In this document: positions 28,435 through 40,100 of the stretch, piece by piece
Layout of the letters: each line of letters starts with the position of its first letter
Position numbering within the stretch: position 1 is the stretch's first letter
Assembly: GCF_964355755.1 (NCBI RefSeq)
Contig: NC_092670.1
Span: 24,414,795 to 24,478,794 of the forward strand
Reading direction: 5' to 3'
DNA: 64,000 nt
Origin: Antedon mediterranea
Taxonomy: Eukaryota > Animalia > Echinodermata
The notes under the pieces: generated by a model
What the model was told of the DNA's origin: nothing
Database searches by the model: none
What the model saw: the letters and a program-made list of their open reading frames with translations, nothing else
Position numbers and translations under genes: made by a program

Positions 28435-31062
28435 GAAGATACAATTAAATATTTAAATAATCATATTTAATAAAATTGTATACAGTATATTACAACATTT
28501 GGTTAAGAAAGGCCTAAAGATAAAATAAAATGTGTCACATCATGATATACAGTAGAACAAATCCGAAGAAGACATGACATATGGCTGGTATTGGTAACTA
28601 TCTACTATCAAGGTTTGCTTTGAGTTATTCAGTGAGTGGTTTTTTTGCTTGCTTGAAATAAGGATATATTTCATCCTGGTGACAGAGAAATTAAGCCACA
28701 TTAGTTTTGTTGTTATTAACTTTAGAAAGATTGAGACTTTGTTTATATGAAGATATACTCTAATTACACAAGTAAGTTTTAAAACATTGTGTGTATATGT
28801 TTCTATATGTTTTTTGTTGTGGTATAATTTGTTTTTCGTCACATTCACAATGTAACCCTATTTTCTGTGTTCCTTTTTTGGTACATATCATTATCATGTT
28901 TTACAACAGTGTATTTAAGTTTACAAATTTCATGTGTAGGTTAGCTAGTTAAGCCAAGAAGGACAAAAAGCCGGTGCATTGTGAGGATCCGAGACAATTT
29001 GGCCCTGAGGCGATTTGGCCCGAAACTTTCCACTTTTTGGGCCGAAATGTCTCACTTTCTGGGTTGAAACATCTAATTTTATCCAACCAATAATTATTTG
29101 GGTATTTAAACAATTTTCAAACTTAATTTTTTATGACATATTTTGGATCAGGTGCCGTTTTTTTGTGCCACTTCGACCACCTGTATGTACTATACTATTG
29201 TATATTATAATGATAAGGCTGTGGTGAATTGTTTATGTAACCTACAGTACATGGAACAATACAGAAAGAAATATTAATTAATTATCCATGGATTGTTAAC
29301 AAAGGAAACTTCTTGAATAGCACACACTAAACCCAGTGTATTTAATAAACTTCAGCTTAGTCAAATATCAGTCATGATTTCAGATTACGTGATTGCCTGT
29401 TTAGGGATGCAAAATGATACTTTGTTGTATATTTTACATATTATGTTGATGTTTGCTGATTTTGGTCGAAATAAATGATTTGAATTGAAGAAAATAAATA
29501 ATAAATAAAATACATTTTTTGGATCACACAGTAGTGTAATAAATTAAATTGTTTTTAACATAATGGAGAAACAAAGATGTTAAAACAAAAGAATAAAATG
29601 GATATAAAACAGACATATATAGGCCTACTGTATATTGTTGTACACAAAAAGCCTAACAATGAGTTGCTACTAATAATGATAATTTTAAAATAGGCTTAAT
29701 TTATAATATTAAAATAACAAATAAAATTTGGCAGCCATAAATGGTCACGCGGACCGATTTTTGCAACCAGAAAACCCGTCCGCCGGGCCAATTTTGATGT
29801 TACCATTGAAGAATATTTCAAATTTTATTAAATTAATGTACTTTTTCTTACAGGTTGTTGGTACGTGTTAGTTGTTTTGTTCTCTTCTTCAACTAAGGAT
29901 AAATTTAATCGTGGTAACAGAGAAATTGATTCACAACATTTTTTTGTATTATTAACTTTAGAAAGATTTAGCCTTTGTTTATGAAGATATACTCAATTTC
30001 ATTACACAAGTAAGTTTAAAAACATTAATTTGTGTGTATATTTTTTTCTGTTTGTCTTTGTACAGTATATTTATTAATATTGATCATGATCAAGCATGAT
30101 GTAGTATAGAGTTTGTATAACATAATTTAATTAATGCAGTTTTAAGTCTCTTCTTTAAAAAACTCTGTGAGACCGCAGTTTAAGTGCAGTCTATAAATAC
30201 TTAGTGTTATAATTATTAGTATTATTTTAAGGTACTGTAGAAGGTCTACTGAAACATGTTTTTTCAGCTACAGTACCAAATAAATAATTTAATATGATTA
30301 ACTTGTGCTTTTTATTTGATATGTATAAAAATATAGGCCTACAAATAATTTGTTTATGAGTGCAATGGTATAATTTCATGAATACAGTATTTATTAAATA
30401 TTATGTGGCTCACAATTCTCCAATTAAGTGATAGGAAATCTACTTAGGTGTGTTATAATAGTAATTATGAAGCATGTTCTGATACTTAATATATATTTTT
30501 ATAATTACAGGTCAAGAGAGAAATTTAATTCAACTTACCAGTTTCTGGCAGTGGCAGTTACATGTAAATCAGTGTTGTAAGTAAATTTGTATTTTAAGGA
30601 ATTTAAAAAAAAAATGGTATACAGTACTGCTTAATAGTTGACAATAATACAGTATTTACACTATCTATCCCGTAAATGGAAACAAATGTTTAAATATGGA
30701 TGTGTATGGTTGACGAATATGTTTTCGAATGATGATGTATTCTATTTCACAATTAAATCAGACTATTACTGAACAAAACTTTCAATTACATGTTGTTAAA
30801 TTTGTTTTAATGATACCAAATTGAGGAATAATTTTTTCAGGTGAATAATTGTTTATTTGCGAACCAATTTTTTTGTGAAAGTGAATTACTATTATGTGAC
30901 ATTAAAATGACATATTCAACAAAAATATTTAAATAATTTTATTTTAGGGGGACAATATATGTTTAAACAAAGAAAAAAAGAAAACTTTACATTATTGCAT
31001 ATATAAATAATTTTCATTTTTTTTGTTTTCAGATTTGGAGTGGATAATTGTGTGAAAGAAAT

Positions 31063-31428
31063 CAAACTTGAATACCAAACTTGAATACCAAACTCCAATA
31101 ACAAACTTGAAAACCAAACTTAAAAACAAAATTGAATACCAAACTTGAATACCAAACTTGAAAACCAAACTTGAAAACCAAACTTGAATACCAAACTTGA
31201 ATACCAAACTTGAATACCAAACTTGAATACCAAACTTGAATACCAAACTTGACAACCAAACTTGAATACCAAACTTGAAAACCAAACTTGAAAACCAAAC
31301 TTGAAAACCAAACTTGAAAACCAAACTTGAAAACCAAACTTGAAAACCAAACTTGAAAACCAAACTTGAATACCAAACTTGAATACCAAACTTGAATACC
31401 AAACTTGAATACCAAACTTGAAAACAAA
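31063..31428 (+). repeat. 13-bp minisatellite (AA(T/A)ACCAAACTTG) x ~28
   Basis: Directly visible tandem array. It explains the 13-aa periodic minus-strand ORFs. Confidence 0.95.
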
Positions 31429-31667
31429 ATTTGTGAACATAGCTAAACAAATAAATTAATCAAAAAATTAAATTGTAATTATAGATTAAATCAGAATATA
31501 ATCTTAGAATTGTATTTATAATATAAGAATACTTTAAAGAAAGTATTTCCTCAACGTTTGAATAAAGAGAAGAAGAACTTAATTATTATATTAAATATTA
31601 TTATTATTGAAATTTTAGAATACATAGATTAATTGTCATAGGAATTGAAAAAACAAGGCAAGGCATA

Positions 31668-34130
31668 ATGGATATGTATGAATTCATAACAGTAGTTAAT
31701 GATATACTAAACATACTTTATGAATGTTGTTTAAGTGACAATGTTATTAAAGAAGATGCAATTAATATTAAAAAGCAAAAAATTGTCAATACATGTGATG
31801 TTAATACTTGTAATGTCAAATCAATTGAAGATGATATTAAAGTAAATAAGACATTTAGAAGCAATTTTGTGAATTGTATAACAAGAAAGGAAATACAACA
31901 ACTCTCCGGTGGTGGTGGCTCACAACGTTTAAGAAACAAGAAGGGTCGTTTTGTCAAAACCAAAAAGCATAATAATAAAGAATCACGATCAGACCACGAT
32001 AAATCAGAAAAGGTTGGTGAAAATATCATTCCTGAGAAAAGTGACAGTTTAAAACTGAATAGCTATGAGGAAATGAAATATATTGAAGAAAACAGTAAAG
32101 CAACTGGTTATATGATAGCACCAAGTAAAAGACTTGACCGTAGTAGTGTTGCAGATCATGAATTAAAGAAAAGTGAATTGAAAATTGAGGGACAGACAAA
32201 CGCATCTAATGCAAAGACTAGGCAGAATACTAAAGCTAAAAATGAATGTGAACAAAATAATAGTGATCAAAATATGGATATTAAAGTTTCAACACATCTA
32301 TGCAATATATCTGATGATACAATTAAAGAAAGTACTCTGTGTTTGAATGTTAAAAGTAATACAAATAAAAGTTTTTTAAAACCATGTAGCATTTCTAATA
32401 ATGTAACTGTAGCACAGAGTTTAAAGAACAAGAGTTGTCGTTTTGTCAAAAGTAAAACTCTTAATAAGAAACAATCACTTGATTGTTTGAAATTGAATTC
32501 AAAATTTGACGATAAAATGGAACAGGTTAGTAGAAATATTGTTCCGGACAACAATGACATTTCAGAAATGAAAACTGACGAAAATTGTAAAATGAAATGT
32601 AATGAATATTACAGTAACACAGAAGCTGGTGATGTACCAAATAGTAATAGTGAAATGAATGAATCTAGTATAACACCATATAACGATTTTGATGTTACAG
32701 ATCATGAAAATAATACATGTGCAAATTATGAGTTTTCAGACGTAGGCCCATTAATAATTGATAATGGACAACAAAAAACATCCAATGGAAAAATTAAAGC
32801 TAAAAGTGAAAGTAAGCAATTGAATAATACTGATCAAACTCTGGATATCAACGTTTCAACAAATGTTGTAGACGAGGATATTAAAAAAATAGAGAAGCTT
32901 CCACCGTCAAATGATAAAGCTAACATTAATAAAAGTGTGTTCAACCATTGTAAGAGTATTACTAATAATGTGTTAGCACAGGGTAGTTTTAATCAAGGAG
33001 ATTCTCGGTTTGGCTTTTCACGTGGTAAGCAGTGTGTTCCAAATAGTCTTGTCGCTATTCTTTATTCAACAATGAGAAATGGAAATGAATTCTTTACTAC
33101 TGATCTTGACGAAATATTGACTCTTGGAAATGAGTTGTACTATTACATTCAAAAAGATTCCACTATGCATGAGGACCTTTTGATGATTTCTGAACTGCCG
33201 AACGAATTAGATATTTTGAATAACACATTTGTAATCCTTCCCAGTGAATCAGTGTTTGGCATTATAGATGGGGATTTCGAATTGATGGCTGAGTGTGGCG
33301 CTTTGTCATTAAATCAAGCTCTTGAACAAGAATTACACCAACATGATGCATGTTTCATGAGTTTCAACAGAAGTACATTCTCCATAATTAAACGTTTAAA
33401 TGGTTTCCTTATATTTGATCCACATGCAAGAGATCGATATGGTTGTGTTAGTGGACATGGAAAGAGCATTTTAGTTTACAGTACATCTTGGCAATGTGTA
33501 TACAGTTATTGTATAAAATTAGCAAGGTCAATGAATTGTAATTTACATGACACTGAGTTTGAACTGACTGGGATAAATGTTCAAAATAAATCTATGGATT
33601 CTTCTATCAGCTTAAATAATAACTGTGAACAAAAAGGATCAAAACATATCGATGTTGATGCACCTAGTACTTGTCAGTATAAATTATCTGATAAAAATGT
33701 TGATTCCAAAATTAAAGGTCAAACACATAATAGAGAGGGGGATGGCGACATTGAAATCGTTAATGTTGAATATGGAGACAAACCTGACAAGAATTTTAAA
33801 TTTGTTCCACTCTTAGAAGCACAAAAGAAACACATGTGTAATAAGTTAGGCAATAATTTTGAACATTCATGTAGTGTTAATAACAGAGAGAGTCATATTG
33901 GGCATCCTCTACAGATTAAGCATATTACTGGTGATGGTAATTGTTTTTATCGTGCGATTTCATACACTATATCTGGGACGGAAAATAATCATTTGATTTT
34001 AAGAAGAGCAATTGTTAATCATTTATTGGACACTGATGAAATATTTAACGATATATATTTATCGTTAAAGAATATGTATTTAAAAATAGAGTTATGGATA
34101 ATGGAACATGGGCTTCTAACACTGAAATAA
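31668..34130 (+). CDS. Helentron polyprotein, N-terminal ORF: duplicated low-complexity region, herpesvirus tegument-like (peptidase C76/VTD) deubiquitinase and first half of an OTU domain
   Basis: QGSFNQGDSRFG..RGKQCVPNSL, DLDEILTLGNELY and FDPH motifs (about 32975-33430). OTU ITGDGNCFYRAIS at about 33924-33962. The frame ends inside the OTU domain. Confidence 0.8.
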   Translation: MDMYEFITVVNDILNILYECCLSDNVIKEDAINIKKQKIVNTCDVNTCNVKSIEDDIKVNKTFRSNFVNCITRKEIQQLSGGGGSQRLRNKKGRFVKTKKHNNKESRSDHDKSEKVGENIIPEKSDSLKLNSYEEMKYIEENSKATGYMIAPSKRLDRSSVADHELKKSELKIEGQTNASNAKTRQNTKAKNECEQNNSDQNMDIKVSTHLCNISDDTIKESTLCLNVKSNTNKSFLKPCSISNNVTVAQSLKNKSCRFVKSKTLNKKQSLDCLKLNSKFDDKMEQVSRNIVPDNNDISEMKTDENCKMKCNEYYSNTEAGDVPNSNSEMNESSITPYNDFDVTDHENNTCANYEFSDVGPLIIDNGQQKTSNGKIKAKSESKQLNNTDQTLDINVSTNVVDEDIKKIEKLPPSNDKANINKSVFNHCKSITNNVLAQGSFNQGDSRFGFSRGKQCVPNSLVAILYSTMRNGNEFFTTDLDEILTLGNELYYYIQKDSTMHEDLLMISELPNELDILNNTFVILPSESVFGIIDGDFELMAECGALSLNQALEQELHQHDACFMSFNRSTFSIIKRLNGFLIFDPHARDRYGCVSGHGKSILVYSTSWQCVYSYCIKLARSMNCNLHDTEFELTGINVQNKSMDSSISLNNNCEQKGSKHIDVDAPSTCQYKLSDKNVDSKIKGQTHNREGDGDIEIVNVEYGDKPDKNFKFVPLLEAQKKHMCNKLGNNFEHSCSVNNRESHIGHPLQIKHITGDGNCFYRAISYTISGTENNHLILRRAIVNHLLDTDEIFNDIYLSLKNMYLKIELWIMEHGLLTLK

Positions 34131-37100
34131 GTGCGATGGCAAACTTGCTTAAAACAGATATTTATTCGTTCAATGATCAATTTTTGACATGGCAAATGTT
34201 TTCTGCCAAAAAGCCAAGAATAATAAATGATGTTACAACTGACAACGGTATGTATATTCTGTACACCGGCAATGTGCATTTTGATGTAGTGGAATCTGTC
34301 GATATCAATTCAAATTGTGTTCAGGAAACAAGAAAACTTGATGTGAATACGTCTTCGGAAAAAACGTTTTCAAATGTAGAGGCGACTCTAATGACATCTG
34401 GCAATAAACGAAAACGAATAAAAGACCAGAGCCATGACACACTGGAAGACGTTATAGAACCAAAACAAAAACAGAACAGAAATGTTGCAGGACTTTGTTC
34501 TAATAACGATATAAAGACATTAAGAAGAAAGAGAAAACAATCAGAACAAATTAAAAGACAAAACAACAAAATCCGAATGAGAATGAAACGTTTCAATGAA
34601 AATTCTAGCATAGTAGATGCTAAAATAAACAAATATCAAACCGATTCTGTATACAGAGAAGAAAAGAAACGTAAAATGAAAGAGGCCCAAAAAATAAAGT
34701 ATGAGGAGGATGATTATAAAATTCAAAAAAGAAAAGAAAACAGAGAAAAACAGCAGAAACGGTATAGATGTGAACCTGTATATAACCTTAACATACGAAG
34801 TAAGACGAGGCAACATTACAACGATAATTGTGGTTACCGAACCAACAAAAAATTTAAAAGTGTACTAAATTATAAATTAAATGAAACATTTAGGCAAAAC
34901 TTAAAAAAAAGGAGAAAAAAGATGTATCACAATGATTTACTATTTAGACAAAACTTGAAGCAAAAATTAGCAGCAAAGTATCGCAAGAATTCAAAATTCA
35001 GGGAAATCTTGAGGCAAAAATTAGCAGCAAAGTATCGCAATAATTCAAAATTCAGGGAAAACTTGAGGCAACAATTGACAAAGAAATATCACAGTAATTC
35101 TAGATTTCAACAAAAATGTAAGCAAATGTTTACAGAAAAGTATCATGGTGATGAAGGGTTTCGAAAAAATGTTGTGAAAAAAAGCATCAAGCATCGTGAA
35201 ATACGGAAACAAAAAAAGTGTAAGTTTGATTTTGTTTTGGAAAACTTTAGAGAAACAATTTCTCATGGTCCTGAATATGTTTGTTGTGTATGCTTTAAAA
35301 TTTTATTTAAAAATCAAGTAATGAAGTGCATCAAAGCTAAGTACGAAAATAGGACGTGTATAAATGAAAAGTATTTGCATACTTGCAACGATAAATGTAA
35401 TAAATCACCAAGATGTTTCTTATGGATTTGTTTCACATGCCACAAAAAAATGTTACATGGCAAAGTTCCCGCAGAAGCCAGTTCAAACAATTTACAATTA
35501 CATGATATTCCTCCTGAATTAAATAGTTTAAACAATTTAGAGCAACATTTGATAGGATTAAATATTCCTTTTATGAAATTAATGAATTTACCGAAAGGCG
35601 GACAGAACGGGATACATGGACCAGTTGTATGTGTACCATCAAATACAATTGAAACTGTAAAAATACTGCCTAGACCAAAGGCTGATGATCAGTTAATATC
35701 AGTAAAATTGAAGCGAAAATTGTCTTACAAGGGTTATTATAAATACAAATTTGTTAACACAACCAATGTTATTCAAGCTCTAGAATATTTACAAGATCAC
35801 AACAAATGGTATTTTGATGTAGCTATTGATGAAAAATGGCACAATTACTTATCGAAAGAAAACATTCAAAGTGCAAATGATAATGTAGAAGATCAACAGA
35901 CTTGTGTAGAAAACAATGACGAAGATGAAGTAGAAGACAGATTGTGTGGTGTTGCCTTTGACACAAGTTTGCAACCTGTTGATAGACGACAAAATGTGGT
36001 TGATGAATATTTTCGTGATATAATTTGTTGTGCACCATGTGAAAACAATAGTCCAATTGCATTGTTAAGTAATGAAAGCAATGAAGCAAAATCATTCCCG
36101 GTGTTATTTCCAACAGGTCAACCAACATTCCACGATGCTAGAGATGTTAAAATAACACTTGGACGTTATTTGCAAAATAGATTAATGCATATAGATAACA
36201 GATTTGAAAACAATACAGAATTCATATTTTATGCTCAATCTATATATGAACTTCAACAAATTTTATCGAGTATTTCCATTGCTTTGCGAAAAGGGTCGAG
36301 TAAAAAGGATGATTTTAGTAAACTAACTATATCTGATTTGAAAAATGCTAACAAAATTGAGGAGATTTTGAAATCTGATATGGGTTATAAATTTTTAAAA
36401 CAAATACGCGGAACTCCGCCTTACTGGCAAGCAACACAGAAAGATGTAATAGCAATGGTAAGACAGATTGGCAAGCCAGCATTCTTTCTTTCATTTTCAA
36501 GTGCAGATTTCCGCTGGAAAGAAATAATGACGACTTTATTAAGTCAAACAGGAGACCAACGAAATATCGATGAATTGGAATGGACAGACAAATGTAATTT
36601 GCTAAAATCGAATCCAGTGACTGTTGCCAGAATGTTTGACAAACGCTTTCATACTTTTTTGAAAAGAGTAATTTTGTCTGAAGCAAATCCTATTGGTAAA
36701 GTTATAGATTATTTTTACAGAATTGAATTTCAAATGAGAGGAAGTCCACATGTTCATATGTTAGTGTGGGTCGAAAATGCTCCTGTTTTTGGTTTAGATG
36801 AAGATAAGAAAATTGTTGATTTTGTTGATAAGTATATTTCTTGTGCCGTACCATGCAAAATTGTAGATCCTGAAATGAATGAAATTGTTTCAAGTGTGCA
36901 GATTCACAGTAAAAAGCATTCGAAATCGTGTAAGAAAAAGGGAACAAATTGTAGATTTAATTTTCCTAGACAACCTTCTGAAAAAACATTTGTTATGAGG
37001 CCTATTGTGGATAAAAACAATGATGATAAGGATGCCACTAAACAGGCGAAAGAGTTATTAACAAAAGTAAAAGATGCTGTGTCAAATGAAGAAACGTATC

Positions 37101-40100
37101 AAAAGGCAAAAGAACTTTTTCAAAGTTTAGGCATTACACAGAATGCATTTGAGGATGCAAATAATTGTATAGCTACTGAAGAAAAGATTGTTATAAAGAG
37201 AAACCCTCAAGATGTGTGGGTAAATCAGTATAATCCTTTCTTATTGAGAGCATGGAATGCTAATATGGATATTCAGTATATTACAAATGTATATGCATGT
37301 ATTATTTACCTTGTGTCATACATGTCGAAATCTGAGCGGGAAATGGGCTTACTGTTATCTCATGCAGCATCAGAAATGAAAGAAGGAAATGAAGATGTTG
37401 GAAAAAGTTTACGAAAACTTGGTCATGTGTATATGAATAATCGAGAAGTGTCTGCACAAGAAAGTGTTTATCGTGTCTGTGGTTTGAGGTTAAAAGAATG
37501 TTCAAGGAAAGTTGAATTTATCCCTGTAGGACCTAATCCTGTTAGAATGAGTTTACCACTAAACGTAATTAAAAATAAACCAAATGATGATAGAAGCCCA
37601 TGGTTGCCAAATAAAATTGACAAATATAAAGCTCGCCCTCATAGTTCTGAATTTAATAATATGTGTCTTGCAACATTTTGCTCTAACTATAGAATTATTA
37701 GTTCATCTGAAACGAAGGGAAAAAAACAAAAGAAGAATGTATTTCATTTACAAAACAACTTAGGATTCATCCAGAAAAGAACAAGAACCGGAAATGCTAT
37801 TGTACGATATCCTCGGTTTCCTGTAAATTCAGCATCAGAAAAATATTTTCTCAGTATATTGCAATTATTTCTTCCATTTCGAGCAGAAAAACAATTAAAA
37901 CCACCGAAATTTCAAACTTTTGAACAATTCTACGAAAAAGGATCTGTCAAATTATGTGGAAGTCAATTGCAAAAAGTAAAGATCATAGTTCAAGGAAACA
38001 TGAAACTCTATGAAAAAAGCGCTGATGATGTTGAGGACGCACAAGAGTTCTTAGCAAAATTTGGACCACAAGAAGATGCATGGGGTCTATTATGTCCAGA
38101 AACTGAAAAAGAAAGATTAGATCATCCAAAACCAAATGTAGATATTGATGATAAAAAAAATGAATTTTTTATTCCAGATTTTGGACTAAAAAATAAATCA
38201 TCTACTATAGAGTGCAATTCATCTTATATTTCAAGACCCGAATTGAATAAAATGATTCGATCTTTAAATAAAAAACAACAACAGATATTTTATAAGACAA
38301 GACAATGGTGCTTAGACAAAGTTAATGGTAAAACACCTGAATCGTTTTACACTTTTATAACTGGAGGCGCAGGAACTGGTAAAAGTCATTTAGTAAATTG
38401 TATTTATAATGAAGCAACCCGTATTCTTGGTAAAATTATGGAGAATCCAGACGATTTTTCAATATTAAAGTTAGCTCCAACGGGGATTGCAGCATATAAT
38501 ATTCAAGGTAAAACAATACATAGTGCGTTGTCTATTCCGATTTGTATCTCACTTCCTTATCAACCACTCGGGGAAGAAAAAATAAGTGCACTTCGTAATC
38601 AATTGGGTCAGTTGCAAATTGTTATTATCGATGAAATATCAATGGTAGATCAAACGTTACTTTGGTATATCCACGGAAGATTAAGACAAATAAAACAAAT
38701 ACGCAATGATAGTCCTTTTGGTAACATTTCAGTAATTGCAGTAGGTGATTTTTATCAGTTACCTCCTGTGATGGGGAGTTCTTTGTATACAGACACATTG
38801 GAAGGCTCATTATGGATTGATAACTTTAGACAAATACAATTAGATCAAATCATGAGACAAAAGGAAGATAACCAATTCGCTTTGTTGTTAAACAAATTGC
38901 GTACAAAAGAAAAAAATGACTGTTTATCTGATAAAGATTTATTAACTTTGAAATCACGGGAAACAGGTGAAAAATGTGAAGATGCCGTTCATATATACCC
39001 ATGTAATAAACAAGTTAATGAATGGAATAAGAAAATGTTGCATAAAACCTGTACGAATATTATATGCATTCAAGCAGAAGATATTGTAGTTAACAGCAAA
39101 AAAGAACACAGAAAGTGCGATACACCTCGCAAATCACGTAAAACTAATTTATTAAATTATTTGTGGATTGCGCCTAATGCTAGAGTGATGTTGATTAAAA
39201 ATGTAGATGTTAAAAAAGGCTTAACAAATGGATGTATGGGATATGTTAAAGAAATAACCAAACATTATCAAAACTCAAAACCAATATCTATTAAAGTGAA
39301 ATTTGACAATAATGAAATTGGTATTCAGTTAATTGAAACGTTTCAAGAATCTATTGGCAGCAAATACAGCCGAAAACAATTTCCTCTCAAATTAGCTTAT
39401 GCATGTACAGTTCATAAAGTGCAAGGGATGACAATGAATAAGGCATCAGTTAGCCTTAAAAATACGTTTGTGCCTGGACAAGCATACGTAGGTCTCAGTC
39501 GTGTTACCTCAATATCTGGACTTACCATTGAACATTTTAATCCTAACCTGATTTATTGTGATCCAAAAATAAAGACATGCTTAAATAAAATGGATTCATT
39601 TGTAGGCTTACATTGTGATAAAGAAGTTCATGATTACGATTTTTCCATAATGTTACATAACATTCAAGGGCTAAAACAACATTTTGTTGATCTTCAGTCT
39701 AATCAGTTGTTTATGAATTCTAGTATTATATGTCTAACTGAAACATGGTTAAGTCAGGGTGAAGATGTTTATGACTTCAGTATAGACCCATATAAATTAT
39801 ACCGACAAGCAAGATATAACTCGTATACTAATAAAAATCGTCTGACTTCAAAATTAAAAAATCAGGCTCATGGTGGTGTCGCAGTGTATACCAAAAACAC
39901 ATTTGTTAGTAGATTAGACATATGTAATATTGATATAGAAGTAATTTCATTTTTAATAACGTGTCCAAGTTCAGTTGTTGTATCAGTGATTTATCGACCT
40001 CCGAGCTACGACATCAATGAATTCTGTCAAAATTTAAGGAAACTATTGGAAAAGTTACACCAGGTAAATATAAAATCTGTCATAATGGGTGACTTTAATG

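Noticed and set aside
30916-31450. Three overlapping minus-strand ORFs with 13-aa periodicity
   Set aside because: Artefact of a stop-free 13-bp tandem repeat.
34321-38810. Small antisense ORFs within RepHel
   Set aside because: Shadow ORFs of the long coding strand with no independent signals.
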